A stretch of 64,000 nt of DNA from Azolla caroliniana (GCA_043228905.1 JBHGNT010000003.1:13330001-13394000); one strand, 5' to 3'; shown: positions 11,660 through 25,833, numbered from the stretch's first letter. Numbers and translations are program-made. Notes: generated by a model not told the origin, from the sequence alone.

Positions 11660-14600
11660 CGACCACTTCCAGATCAAAGGAAGTGTGGTACGTTGACTAC
11701 GGAGCATCTAACCACATGACGAGCCACGAAGAGTGGTTCTCATATCTGGAAAAACTAGAGCACCCGGGAGTTATCAAAACCGGAGACGACACTCCTCACC
11801 TGATCGAGCATGTTCCTCAACATCAATGATGAATGTTGGACAAAAGGGAAAGTTGATGAATGTTTTACATGTTCCTCGACATCAATGATGTCGAGACCGC
11901 TTTGTTCACAAAAGGTCAGAAGGTCGAGTCGAATATCGACTTGTCGCAAAAGAGGATCGGCCACATCAACTATCAGAGGCTTCAAGACCTCCAATTGAAA
12001 CACTGGGTTGTTTTCAAATTGCCCAAATTTGTGAAGCCTGCTAGCTAGGGTAGCAACACTGGCTTCCGTTCCCCACTGAAAGAAACCAGAACCGTAACAA
12101 GCTCGACTTGATACATTCGGATGTATGGGGACTAGCACAAAACGTTAGTCTTGGCGAGAGCCGATATTTCATCTCCTTCATCGATGACTATAGCTGGCAC
12201 ACGTGGACCTATCTCATGGAGAAGAAAAACGAAGTCTTTGACTGTTTCCAGAACCTACAAACTCTTGTCGAACGGGAAACAAAGAGAAATATCAAGTGCA
12301 TGTGGTCGGGATGGCGGAAAAGAGTATTTTTCCAGCTAATTTAGCAGTTATTTGCAGCAGAAAGGAATTTGGAGGGAATTCAGTTGTTGATACACGCTAG
12401 AATAGAATGAGTCACCGAGAGGAAGAACATGTCGATTGTCGAAGCAACACGGGCAATGCCAGAGGAGAAGAGCATGCCCAAGTTTTACTGGGCCGAAGCG
12501 GTTCGAAAGGCCGTCTACATCCAGAATCAGACCGGGAAGAAAGTGTTAGCACACATGTTGTATTTTGGGCAGAAGCCGAATTTAAGGAACCTTAGGGTAT
12601 TCGGCAGCATTGTCTATGTGCATGTGTCGAATGAGAGGCGGAGAAAGCTAGACAAAAAGTCAGAGAAGTGTATCCTAGTCGGCTACTCTCATGAGTAGAA
12701 GGGGTATAACTACTACAAACCCTGGACAAAGATAGTCTGATTAAGCCGAGATGTCGAATTTGACGAATCAGCATCCTGGTACTCCCTACCGACTCTGACT
12801 CCCGACTCCGACCCGATTCCAGAAGATGAGGCCATTGAGCCCGAAACGATCCGGGCAGAAGAGGAAGAAGATTTTGGTACTCTAGATGAGATTCCGATCT
12901 CATTTCGGCTGAGTGGCTCGAATGAAGAGTTGAGTCACAAAGACCAGCTAGATGAAGAGCTAGTGAGTAGTGGAGACTTAGTCGTGCTCTCCCCACGCAA
13001 GGAATAGAGGAGACGGTTCACGCACAAAGAGAAGGGGAAGAAGAAGATGCTGGAATAAACCACTTGTAGAGATAAGTCAGATCAAAGCGAATCCGACTCC
13101 AGAAAGAACGAAGATGGACCTTCGGAAACGAAGTCCAAGTCGGCCAAGAGGTCCCTGAAATCGGCTAATGAGAAATTACACCTATCGACCCGCTAGAAGA
13201 ACCCCGTAAAACGGTATGGGTATAATGAGTACATGACGCATCACTATGTGTACATGACAAAAGTGGTGTAAGTGCATGAGCCAAAGAGCTGTGCATAAGC
13301 AACAAATGGCATGTCGCTATGGAGGAAGAGATGCGGGAACTCGATGTCAATGACACATGGGATCTGGTTGACCCTACCCGACATTGCAAACCGATTGGTT
13401 GCAAGTGGGTGTACAAGGTAAAGTACAATGTTGACGGTTCAGTCAACCGGTACAAGGCCCGGTTAGTGGCCAAAGGATACGCACAAACCCAAGGAATCGA
13501 CTACAATGAGACCTTCGCACCGGTCGCGAAGATGACAACAGTCTGTGTGGTGTTGGTAGTTGTTGCGGCAAGGGGGTGACATTTCTTCAAGGTGACATTG
13601 AAGAACAGGTCTACATGACTCAACCCCCCAGTTTTCAATCGGAGATGAACAAATCGGCAGTGTGCCGACTCAAGATGTCACTCTATGGCTTCAAGAAAGC
13701 CCCCCGAGCTTGGAATTTGAAAATCACACACCGGTTACATAAAATGGGGTTTGTGGCCTCGAAGTTTAACTCGTCATTGTTCATCCAAAAAAGTCTGGTA
13801 TGTATCTTGCTACATGTGGATGATCTAGTCATCACCAGACCCGGCCTTGCTGAAATCGGCCGAGTGAAGTCCCAGTTATCGGATGCATTCAAAATGAAGG
13901 ACATATTTCCTCGGGATCGGGGTGATCCATACCCCCGACAACATATTTCTCTCACAGCGACACTATGTGTTGAATATGTTGTACAAGTTTGGCATGACCG
14001 ACTGTCGACCAGTGTCCATACCCCCGCCCCGGACCAGAACCTGAAGCTTTGTCCCAACTTCGGACAGGCCTGCAACGAGAAATGGTTTCGAAACATTGTC
14101 GGAAGCCTCATCTATCTCACTATCACCCGACCTGACATCAGCTATCTGGTCGGGATGATAAGTCACTTTATGCAGAAGCCGACCGTGGAGCACCCCCAGT
14201 GCGCGCACCAAATACTCAAGTATGTTAGCGGCACTAAGGACCGAGGACTATTATACCGACATGGTACAACCAAAAAGGTAGTTGGATATGACGGGAATTG
14301 ATCGTTCCTTATGCGCAAGGCTCGGCCACAACCGAGCTTAGAATGATACACAGAAAACGGGAAATAAAACTCGACACAAAGAAGAGACAAGGTACACAGG
14401 AGGTTTACGTGGAAAGCCCCAAACTAGGGGAAAAACCACGGCAGCCCACAGGCTGCAAACTATCACTATGATGGAATGTACAACAATGAGTTCACTGAGG
14501 CACCGACCTCGTGCTCACAGATCTTCGCCACAGGCGGTGGTTACAACAGAGGCAACGACCTCTTTCTCTCTCTCTCTGTACACTATTACGTGCTCTCTCA

Positions 14601-16323
14601 ATTCTTGCACCAACAAGAATGACAACAACCACAACTAAAGGTTTGCCCTAAGTCATATTTATACTAATATGACTTTTCGGCTATTTACAAATATAGCCTC
14701 GATGGCCTCTCAGAAACATATTTACGAATATGTCTCTTCCTCCGGTTCTCACCGGGTCTGCGTCATCCGGCTCTCCGTAGCCAGGTGCTCCTCATCCGAT
14801 TCTCACCGGGCCTGCACCATCCGTCTCTCCGTAGCCGAGTACTCCTCATCCGGTCTTCACCGGGTCTGTATCATCCGGCTCTCTGTAGCCGGGTACTCCT
14901 CATCCGGTCTCGGCCTCGGCCTATCGTCCTCGGCCGAGTTTGTTCATCGGCACTGTTCTTCTCCCTTCCCATCCGGAGGGACCTGCCTCCCAACAGGATA
15001 TACAGATGCCCACTAGGCCGGTGATGCGTCGGATCAGTGGTCAACATTTGGATTTATGTTCTCTCTTGGTAGCAGGATTGTTACATAGAGGAGCAAGAAG
15101 CAGCCAATAGTGGCTCTTTCAAGCACTGAGGTTGAGTATCGGGGTGCTACCGTCGCCGCCTATGAAGCCACATGGCTGCTACAAGAGCTTTGGATCAAAG
15201 TACCAACTCCGATCCCAATCTACTACAACAACATGAGTCGCATGTAGCTGGCCAAGTACCCTGTGTCCCATGCTCGGATGAAGCACATAGAACTGCATTA
15301 TCTCTTTGTGTGCAAGCGGGTCCTCAGTGGTGAAATCAAACTTGGGAGTGACAAGTTGCAACATTTTTCGAAGATGCTTAGACTACAACATCTTGACTTG
15401 CCGCACTTGAGAGGGAGAACCGGTACTCATACGGGGAGAACCGGAACGGAAACCAAGAAAATAGGCACTGAACAAGCAACCGGCGAAAAGGAAACTGAAA
15501 TAGGGGGAGACAAGAAGAAAAAGGGATCTGAGTCGACTAAAGAAGTCGGCACATCCGAACAAGTCGGAATAAGCGGAGACGGCGGCAGAGTCAAGAAGGA
15601 CAGAGCCGACCAAAAGAAGAAGCTCAAGACCCAGACATGGTCTGATGTGGTAAAGGGCCTAAAGATTGAAGAAGAATTGGAGACAATCAATTTGGACAAG
15701 AGCTGGAAATAATCGGAGGCATCCGATTCGGAAGAGCTGAATCAACTAAAGGCCAAACGGATGAGAAGGCAACGGAAGTCGACACCAAGACGGAGGAACC
15801 TACGGGTCGAGAAACACCAAAGTCACAGCAACAAGGGAGCTTAGTTAAGCCTTATCAGCAGGCAGGCAAGCCGACCGAGAATGCGGGACAGGTCGTGGAA
15901 TGCGGGACCAGATGGGTCGAAGAGAGCGACCAAGGCGGGAAGACGCCTGGAGGAGCCGGAGGAAAGGACCGGGAGACACTTATACTACAATCTAACCTGA
16001 AGTTGACCTTGAGGGGGAGTGTTGAACGAACAAGCTCAACTGGATCCAGATCAACTGAATAAGCCAGAGCCGGATCGGTATCCAGAACGGAGAACTAGAT
16101 AGGTATCCAAATCGGTATCCGGAACCAGAAGCAAGATCAAAGAGCCAGATCGGATTGCAACCGGTAGGCCATTAGAGGGCTACGGTCCTAGCCTAGTACA
16201 TAGGCATAATTCTTGGAATCAGTATCGGTCGCTCGTATGAGCATTGAAGTACATGTCAGTACTTTTGATAGTCCTTTGAGGACTTGTATAAAAGTGTTGT
16301 CTAAGCACATTGTATATACAAAG
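11660..16323 (+). mobile_element. pol: decayed Ty1/Copia element G2 (PR-INT-RT-RH-extension, PPT, truncated 3' LTR 16020-16323)
   Basis: WYVDYGASNHMT near 11685; INT 12108-12698; RT 13319-14288 (IGCKWVYKVKY, YKARLVAKG); RH resumes at 15001; PPT 16009-16019. 5' LTR and gag are absent. Confidence 0.92.
14289..14995 (-). mobile_element. solo LTR (Copia, D-related) inserted in G2 RNase H
   Basis: TG...CA ends, perfect TSD GGATA. Removal restores VGYTDAH*AGD. Homologous to 58593-59450. Confidence 0.95.
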
Positions 16324-16345
16324 TGTTAGCGCTCAAGAATACTAA

Positions 16346-16509
16346 ATGGCAATTGTTAGCGCTCAAGAATACTAATCCGTTTTCTCGGAGCTCCAATGCT
16401 TAAAAGAAAAGTTTGTAGCACTAGAATAAGAAAATCAAAGTTTGTTGGGGGATCTTCAACAAATAGCTCTAGAAAAACAACAACAACATGGGGAGCTGAC
16501 ATTATGCGT
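16346..16509 (+). pseudogene. gag: N-terminus of gag of Gypsy F, continued at 37976
   Basis: MAIVSAQEY*SVFSELQCLKEKFVALE*ENQSLLGDLQQIALEKQQQHGELTL joins in frame to QQLEATIVSLRQQ once A and one copy of the 4-bp TSD are removed. Confidence 0.8.
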
Positions 16510-17269
16510 TGTCGTGTTGTTACACGTGCACGTAGGAAACTAAGGCGGGACTGCGGGGGCCCTGAACCAAGGAGTGCGCGAAAGTAGAGAACGAAGAGAA
16601 CGAAAGCGATGGATCAGCAAGTACTGGTTACCGGCAAGCACCGTGCTCACCGGGTCATACAAGAACACAACTACGCGCGAGTTAGACAGAGAAGCGTGCC
16701 TGATCAATTATGGAGACAACAACAAATTAGAGAATGTCAGAATAAAACAAGGAAATCACTTCCCAAGAGGAATCAATTATGACTAACAAGTGATTACAAC
16801 CTTTCTGATATTACAACCGGCACGTCAATGACCAACCAAACACATGCACGCACACACACACAACTGAGTTACGCAGTGGAGAATCTGTAGGAAGCACCCT
16901 GGTTTTCCTCGCGAGCAGAGGCAACCAACCAAAATCCTACAGAGATCACATAGAAGCAGTGCTCGGTTCCCAGTCCGACAGCACCTCCTCCTTTCTCCCA
17001 AAACACGATACCCACCAGTCTTTCTCTTGTGCATCTTATAGGCCGATGAGGGAGGACTATCACGTCTCCCGTCACATCATCCTTTTTCTCTGTCCCTTCG
17101 GGCAGAGATACGTTTTGATTTCCAAAATATGTTCTATCTAATCTATTTACATCGCATTGACCTATTCTTAGCTATGTACAAGTTATTTTAATTCCGTGTG
17201 TCTATGTGTACGCGCCGGTTCATGAGCTCGGATCCTCGATTCCTTTCATGGCTGGTTTTCTTCTTGACA
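16510..17269 (-). repeat. 3' LTR of Gypsy A
   Basis: 16640-17269 is a diverged direct repeat of 37340-37971 and abuts the PPT. Confidence 0.88.
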
Positions 17270-17342
17270 TCCACCCCACCAAACCACGCATCCACTAGTA
17301 TGCGCCAGAAAGAGACCAATACCGGTGGAAACCGGCCCGTGT

Positions 17343-19530
17343 TCACCCGTCGTTGTCCGATTTGCCATCCAATCCGGTCTGGTCGTCACCGTCATCTGCG
17401 CTCCCTAGGTCCGGTTCATCTTCGTGCCGTTTCTTGAATGCCTTGATCCTCTTCCCAGCTACTGGTACTGCTATCCGCGTTCCGTCGAGCTCTACGAGGT
17501 GGTAGGTGTCGTTGTTGTTTGTGCTTGTTACGACATAGGGCCTGAACCACCTTCTCACGAACTTACGCGTTGGCTTGTGCTGGTTATCGAGGCTGTTGTT
17601 GTAAACCAACACCCAATCGCCTTCCTCGATCTTCCTCAGTCGTAACCGGTGCGTTCGGTCGAACCGGCCTTTATCCTTCTCTCTTGCCGCGTGCAGCTTC
17701 GCATTCACCCGATCCACGTCCTCCGGTCTTCACTCGAGCTATCGAATCCGCGCCGCTAACAACTCTTCCTGGCTCATCTCGTCTCTCCAGTCCACCGCAG
17801 CCTATGAGGAGATCGTCCACTCCATCGGCACGATCGGCTTCTACCCGTACATCAGTTCTGCCAGCATGAACCCGGTTACTGAACTATGCGTAGTTCAGTC
17901 TGCCCATAGTGCATAAGGTAAGAGCCACGGCCAATTCCCAACTTGTCCTTCGCACGTCCGTACTAACGCTTTCACAATTGGCTCGTGCCCACACTCCACC
18001 TTTCCGTTTGCCTCCGGATTGTACGTCGTAGTGAGAGAGAGCTTAACCCCTAACCGGCCGAACACCTCTTCGGCTTCCTCCACGTCCAGCTCCCCCTGGT
18101 TAGCCACGATTTTCCCTACGCACCCGTACCGGCATATCACCTCCTTAATCAGGAACCGGCACACAACCGCAATCGTCTTGTTCTGCAGTGCATGGCCCTC
18201 CACTTGATTAGTCAGGTCCTCTCGTGCAAGCACCAGGTACTGCATCTGCCCTACCCCCATCGGCATCTTCACTAAATCCACCATCCATTTGAAATGGACG
18301 GCCAATGGGTAGGTCGGGCACAACTCGTCCCGATGTTGGATTGCGGAATGGATTTGACAGCTCTCGCAAGTCGTCACAAACTGATGCACGTCCCGGTACA
18401 TTCTCGGCCACCAATACTTCTCCTTTAGCTTCTCGAATGTGGCCCACGTCCCGCGATGTCCGGCCCAAGGACTCTCGTGATACGCCATTACCAGCGCCTC
18501 CTACTCCTCCTCTCTTACCACCACGCAGAGTGGAACGTCATCTCATTTCTTCGGATGCTTCCATATGCTCCCGTTCCGTAGGAAATACCGGTACGCCTTC
18601 TTCCGAATCCGGTTTGCCTCGTCCTTCATCCATGCCGCGTCTGGCGCCATTGTCCTCAAGAACCTACCGATCTGGAGCCACTCCCTATCATACTCATCCT
18701 CATTAAATTTGTTAACTGCCAGAGTGCTTCCCTTCCTTACCGCTATGCGAGCCGACTCGAAGAAGTCTATACCGACTTCTTCGTCCTCCGAAACCATGTC
18801 GTCCTCGTCATCGAACCGTGCTCTTGAAAGCATGTCGGCCATGGTGTTTTCCTTCCCGGAGATGTGTCGTATCTCTGGATTCAGGGACTTAATGTACGTG
18901 ATCCACCTGAGCATTACCAGGTCTAGTGTCGCACATCTGGAAACCATACCGAGGATCGGTAGGTAGTCCGTCTTGATTATAACCTTCGTCCCGATCAAAT
19001 AGTCTTTGTCAGCGTTGACTGCCGAAACGATACCCTAGAGTTCGTGTTTAACCTGGACGTATCCTCACTGTCGCTCACTCAGTACCTTTGCTCCGAACCG
19101 GATGGGGAACCTCACGCCACTCTCGTCCTCCTGACTGACCACCCATTCGATTCCGGTCGGGCTCGTGTCTACGGTCACGTAAATCGGGACCTCCTTGCCG
19201 TAAACCACTTTCCGAAGTGCCGGTGCCGCTGTTAGTGCCTCCTTCAACCTTTCGACCGACTCCGCATGTTCCTCCTTCCACTAAAACTTCCACCCTTTCT
19301 TCAGCAACCTGTAGAGTGGTTTTGCGATGTGTGCGTAATGCGGGACCCAGATGTGGTACAACGTGCATGTGCCCAAAAACCTCCGTACCTCCGTAACTGA
19401 CTTGCATTCTTCCTTCATTGCAGAGATGGCTTCCACATTCGTCGGAGACGGTTTCTGACCGTAAGGCCCACACAAGTGTCCGACCACCATAATTTCAGGC
19501 TGCCCGAAAGCTGATTTTTCTCCGGAGGTG
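17343..19530 (-). pseudogene. pol: pol of A: RT end, RNase H, integrase
   Basis: ORFs 19281..19490, 19065..19247 (VTVDTSPTG), 18543..18998 (ADMLSR), 17895..18488 (H..H..CESC, LAREDLTNQVEG) and 17343..17717. Confidence 0.92.
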
Positions 19531-19992
19531 TGTTACCGGCCGGCAAGAAGGCTTAAGGAGGTCCAAACCAGAGTGTGAAAGGAATAGTTATTCGGGAATT
19601 GTTGTAATTAGTAGTCTTAATATATACATATTATTATATAAGAAGATGTGGACGGACGGACCGGAATTGGTATGCCGATCCGGATCCGGAACGATTTCGT
19701 AAAGGTGCCGGTTGGCACTGTTTTGTATTTCGCACCGGAGACCTATATAAAGGCCCGGTTACAATGTAATCAGGAGCGGATAATTAATAAAGATTATTGT
19801 CTTAATCTTCCAGTGTTGATTACCGTTCTGTATTCATTGTTATATCTTACACGTGTTAATTACGGATGGCTAAGTAATCGATTAAGGTCTAAGTAAGAGT
19901 TGTGTCGTAAGTCATTCTGCCGTACCATCCTTTGGTGATGTGTCTTAAGTGGACACCCTGTGTTAGGTTGTTGTCCGGCCCTAGCAATAACA
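19531..19992 (+). repeat. 5' LTR of B
   Basis: TGTTA...TAACA. About 16 substitutions and one 3-bp indel versus the 3' LTR (counted by eye). Confidence 0.97.
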
Positions 19993-19999
19993 CAGTTTT

Positions 20000-20009
20000 T
20001 GGCGACCAC
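20000..20009 (+). promoter_or_regulatory. primer-binding site of B, probably tRNA-Arg
   Basis: TGGCGACCAC, 7 nt after the LTR. Complementary to the 3' end of plant tRNA-Arg(UCG) as recalled from memory. Confidence 0.65.
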
Positions 20010-20047
20010 GATTCCTGCATTATCGCAGTGAACAGCGGCAGGAATGG

Positions 20048-21834
20048 ATGACTAGGCCAACAGACGACCCGGTTACAGAGAGAGCACAAAGACTTGTTGA
20101 ACAAAGACGGCGGCGAGAGGCTTTCCAGGAAGCAGCGGAAGAAATCCGAACGGATCGATCATTTTCCAAAGTGATCCGGAAAGTGGCGGAGGAGTCGCTC
20201 CATATGCAACAAAACGCCTACCCGGACATAGGAAGCAGCTTACGCAGCCTCCGGGAAGCGAAAACCCTTCTCCAGGCCTTGGCCAGAAGAGACGGCGAAT
20301 CCAAAGCATTTTCAGCGGTGGAATCGGATTCGGAAGGGGGTTACAGCGCACATACGAACTATCACAGCAGTAACGACACCCAGGAGGACCGGAGGATGAG
20401 GAGTCGGATACTTTACCGACACCGGAACCAGAGTTGGCAGACCAAGAACCTCCGGCACTCGTCGTGGAGCAACCTCCGGAGACGGAAGTACACCGGCAAA
20501 AACCTCCAACACCGGAAATCGAGCCGGCAACACCAAAGGAAGACCGGCTAAGACCTCAGACGCCGACGAAACAGCAAGAAAGACCACCGACACCGCCAGC
20601 CCGCGTACCGACACCGGACGACGATATGTCGTTCCAATACTCCAAGTATCGGGATGACCCGTACGCAGAGGCTCATGTTCACGCGTTTGAACAAACATGG
20701 GAAGCAAACCATGTGTCACAACGGTTAACCGCGGCAGAAGAGGAACGATCTAAGATAGCCGAATTCGGCGTGACATTAGCAGGACCGGCCGCCAGATGGC
20801 ACCGGACGTGGGATCGTAGCACCATCACCACCTTTGCGGACCTAAAAGACAAATTCTTGCACTTCTTCCAGAAGGAGGTGGATTAGCGAGAAATGGTGGG
20901 CTTATTTTATACAATTCGGCAGGACCCCGGCGAGAGCATCCCACAGTTTGTCATCCGGTTTCAACGGATGCACAGTCAGCTTACCCGCGCACCTCCAGAG
21001 GAAGAAACGCGGGCTATATTTTTAGCCACGCTCCGAGAACCTCTACGAACGGTATGCACAGTCATTGACTTTCGCACAAGCACCGTTGACCAGGTCATCG
21101 ACCGGGTTAGAGAAATGGAAAAAACGAGCTCTTGGCTAACAATGGGAGCCCTCCAATGAGCATTACCAACCGATGAGGATCTCCGTTTCCGGCAAGCAAT
21201 CCAATGCACGACCTGCTTGAATTCCGGACACTCGTCACTGGAGTGCACCATGTGGACACACTGCTTACTCTGCCAATCTACGAGCCACACGATGGACCGG
21301 TGCGAATATAACTTATTGAATCGGCAAGCTCCACCAGTCCGGCAAATTGAGCCACGTAGCAGCCGAGACGAAGAACACGAACGCTAGCGACGAGAGGAGC
21401 GATATCGACCAGCACAAGATGTCCAATACGACAATCGGCGAGACAACTACAACCGGTACAAGAGATACGACAAGTACCGAGATTACTCCGGCAAGGGTAC
21501 GAGCATCACAACCGGGATCACTCCCCCGGGTATCACCAACGATGGGAAGATTACGGGAGGTATGACGACCAACCCCGGCAAGGGTACCACAACAAAAAGA
21601 AATTTAATAAAAAACGGCATTTCAAAAACGGGAGCCACCCACGTGAACCGGAAAAAGGCGCCTCAAGCAGCCAACCAGACCAGAGCCCCGCGGTTACCAC
21701 AAGTCCTCCACCGGGTACAGGAAACAATGTTGAATCCAGCAACACCCGGAAAGCATATTGCTATTACTACCGGCAGGAAGGACATTATAGTAAACAATGT
21801 CCGACAAAGAGCTATGATAAGCGACCGGCAGTAA
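20048..21834 (+). pseudogene. gag: gag of B with two tandem CCHC knuckles
   Basis: Capsid-like ORFs 20434..20886 and 20893..21159. CTTCLNSGHSSLEC and CLLCQSTSHTMDRC at about 21205-21303. Confidence 0.85.
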
Positions 21835-22070
21835 ACATGGTAGTCACCGAAGTTGCAGACCTCCAGCAGGTCACCACAAGGTCGCAGGGGAAGACTACGG
21901 AATGGGAGACACAAGAGGCCATCCGGAAACAGGCAACGGAATGGGTGAAAAAGGCCAATGAGTGAAACGTAGCAGAACTCGCGCAACAGAAGGAGAACAC
22001 CGAAGAGCTCGCCGGCGGCAGTCAGTCCGAAAACGCGACATGGCAGGTATTGCAAGAATGCTAGATCACG

Positions 22071-25000
22071 TTGTCGTTAGGACGACTCTTGCAGGTAGTA
22101 CCAAGATTCACAGAAGGACTCAAGGAAGGCATGACGACAGGCGGAACACCACCGGCTCCGGCATTCTTCTCAAATCCGGAGGAGGGACCGGTGGTGGTGG
22201 ACACTAGTAGTCCGGCAATTACGGCCATTGTGAAAGGGAAAGAACTCCCCGGCACGATAATAGACGAAGGCTCTGGTGTTAATGTAATAAGCCTCCGGAC
22301 ATGCGATACTCTTGGAATCCAAGAGTGGGAGCCATGTCCGTTCTGGCTCCGAATGGCGGACACAAGCTCGGTGCGACCGACAGGTTTAATACGGAACTTG
22401 GAAGTAACCATCGGGGCCACACATTCCGAATCTCAGCCCTTGTTTAAAGACGGCACATATCAAGCAGAACTGGAGGAGGAATATGATTACGTTCCGGTGG
22501 GGAAAAGCGAAGGTACGGGTACCAACACAACCAAGGAAGGGCACCGGCAAGGATCTAACACCGTTATATGCGGAGTGTGTCAATATGCTGGAAGGATTAA
22601 CAGACGAAGAAGAAGAGCAGTACTTGTTGGAGAACCCGAAGATTGTACCCCTATTCGAAATTGACGTTGCGGAAGCGGTATCACCCTACTTACTGCAACC
22701 GGACGGAACCGAAGTTGAACCGGATAAAGAAGCAATTCGGGAGTTACGGCATGCGCAGGAGGCATTGGAAAGGGAAATGGCCGTATCCCAGCGCGTAAAA
22801 ACGTCCCAATTAGAAGAGGTAAATCTAGGAACGGCGGAGGAGGCAAAACCGGTGCACATCGCCAAAGAAATGAATGCAGAGAACAAAACGGCGATAATTA
22901 CACTCCTCAACGAGTTTCGCGACGTCTTTGCCTGGTCGTACGAGGATATGAGAGGCTTGGATCCTCAATTGTATCAGCACCAGATACATCTGAGCAAAGA
23001 CGCCAAGCCAGTAGCACAGCGTCGGTACCGGATGAACCCAAACTACGCCGCTAAAGTCGAGGAGATCGACAAATTATTGAGGGTCGGCTTCATCCGTCCC
23101 GTAAAGAAATCTACATGGTTGAGCCCGATCGTAGTCGTACCGAAAAAGAATGGCAAAATTAGAGTTTGTGTCGACTACCGGAAGCTGAATGCGGCAACAG
23201 TAACGGATGCATTTCCACTTCCGTTTACGGATGGAGTGTTGGATGCCGTCGCCGGCCATGAAGTCTACAGTTTCTTAGACGGATTCAGCGGGTATAATCA
23301 GATCTGGATGCACCCTGAGGATCAAGAGAAAACGGCTTTCGTCACCAAATGGGGAGTGTTTGTTGCGGTGGTGATGATGTTCGTGTTGAAAACGGCACCA
23401 GCAACATTCCAACGGATCATCATGGAGATCTTTGGCGAATACATACCGGCTTTTATGCAGGTGTTCCTTGACGACTTCGCCGTCTATAGCAGAGAAGAAG
23501 ATCATTTGCAGCATCTCAGACTATGTCTAGAGAAGTGTAGGGCGTACCGGCTAAGCCTGAACCCGGCGAAGTGTGTATTTGGAGTGTCCAGCGGAACGCT
23601 ACTAGGGCATATAGTGAGCAAGGAAGGCATTGTTGTAGATCCGGACAAAGTGAAAGCAATCCGGGAAGCACCGGCACCGGCAACGGCAACGGCAAAGGCA
23701 TTGAGCCGTTTCCTAGGACAAATCCGCTGGCATAGCTGTATGCTTTGATATTTGGCAAACTTGGCTACACCTCTGCATGCGGCAATACACCAAACACCGT
23801 TCCAATGGACCGACATCGAAGACAAGGCGTACCGGGCACTAAAGTTGTTATTGTCACAAGCACCGGTAGTGTAGCCTCCGGATTGGAGTAAAGAGTTTCA
23901 TGTGTTCGTGGACGCTTCCGATATCGCAATCGGCAGTGCGCTCATGCAGTTTACCAAGCCAAGGTGGTACCGGCCAGTGTACTATGCCAGCCGGAAGCTA
24001 TCCCAAGCGGAACGAAATTATTCTACCACGGAAAGGGAAGCTTTAGGAATGATCTACAGTGTAACAAAATTCAGGCATTATTTATTGGGAAGAAAGTTCT
24101 CCTTCCATGTAGATCATTCGGCACTCCTCTACCTAGTATCCAAAGCGTCACTTACCGGTAAGTTGGCCCGGTGGACTTTGTTGTTGCAAGAGTTCAAATT
24201 CGAGATATTCCACCGACCCAGCATACAGCATGCGGTAGCAGATTATCTAAGCCGGTTAGATTCCGGGGAGACAGGTGACGGAGTACCAGACGAGTTTCCG
24301 GATACAAAGCTTTTTCGAGTCACCACGGAAACGGCAACAGATGAAACGGTGGCACAAGAAGATAAGTGGCTAACTAATATGCACCAGTTTCTGAGTACCG
24401 GATTGCCTTCGGAGGGGATGAACCGGGACGAGAGAAAATGCCTGGCGGTACAGAGCCGACACTTCTGTTTATTACAGGACACGCTATACCACAAAGGTGC
24501 GGACGGTATCTGGCGAGGAGCGGTGCGCAGCGACGAGAAGGCGGTAGTACTACGGGAGGCACACTGCGGAGTCGTCGGAGGCTATTATGCCGGAGATGTG
24601 ACGACAAGGAAAGTATGGCAAAGTGGCCTATGGTGGCCGACCACATTGAAGGATGCAGTTCGGTATGCGAAGGAGTGTGATCTATGCCAACGAATGGGTC
24701 AGCCAACAGAACAAACTCGGATGCCACACCAGCCAGTCCTACCACTAGAACCATTCCAGAAATGGGGACTAGATTTCGTCGGGCCATTTAAACCATTGGC
24801 AATGAGAACCGGCAACCGGTACGTGATCGTCGCGACGGATTACTACACTAAGTGGGTGGAAGCGAAAGCCCTACGAGACAACATCGCGGCGTCAACGGCG
24901 AAATTCTTATACGAATGTATTTGGTGCCGGTACGGATGCCCCATAGAGCTGATAAGCAACCAAGGAGGGCACTTTCTTGGACAGGTGGTAGAAAGTTTGA

Positions 25001-25833
25001 CGACGTTCTATGCGGTAGTACATAAACAAAGCACATTGTACTATCCGCAAGCAAATGGGTTAGCTGAGTCGACGAACAAAACGCTCCAGAATATCCTCTA
25101 GAAGATCGTCAATGAAAATCGGACAGATTGGGACACAAAGCTACACCATGCGCTCTGGGCTTACCGGACAGCGTACAAAACAAGCATCCGGACAACACCG
25201 TTCCGGTTAGCATTCGGATTGGAGGCAGTCATGCCGGTCGAGTTCCAGGTACCAAGCTTACGGATTCAGATTCGGGAACGATTGAACGAAAAGGAATCGG
25301 AGGCAATTCAGTTAAAGGCTCTGTGCGAACTGGAAGAACACCGACTGGCGAGCATTATGCACCTGGAATTGGAACAACGGAGACGGAAAGCATTTGTAGA
25401 TCGGCATCGAAAGCGAAACGAAAAGATGTTCGGGACCGGCAAGCCGGTGCTCGTGTTCCAGACCCGAATGGGCAAAATTCCAAGTAAACTACAGTTTAGA
25501 TGGACCGGACCATATTGGATCACACGCGAGTTCAATGGGTCCTACCAGTTGGGGACACTTGCCGGAGAAGTGTTGGGCAAATGGGTCAACGGATTTAGAC
25601 TAAAACCATACAAAGGACCTACGCCTAAGAACCCATTTGAACGAAAGGCCGCCACCGAATCAGACGCCGGCAAACCAACCATAACGGCAACCGGTGAAGA
25701 CGACGGCTACCACCAAGCCAGTAAGGAGGAGTATGAGCCAGCAACCGAGGAGAGCAGAACGGCGGCAAACCGTCAAGAGGCCGGCAAGTTGCACGCTTCG
25801 GGTAAAGGTCCGACGGAACTAGAGAAAAACTAA
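22071..25833 (+). pseudogene. pol: pol of B (PR, RT, RNase H, integrase), few lesions
   Basis: IIDEGSGVNVI (PR); VFLDDF (RT, 22483..23748); VDASD and HVDH (RH); WGLDFVGP (INT, 23902..25101); WTGPY (25219..25833). Confidence 0.96.
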
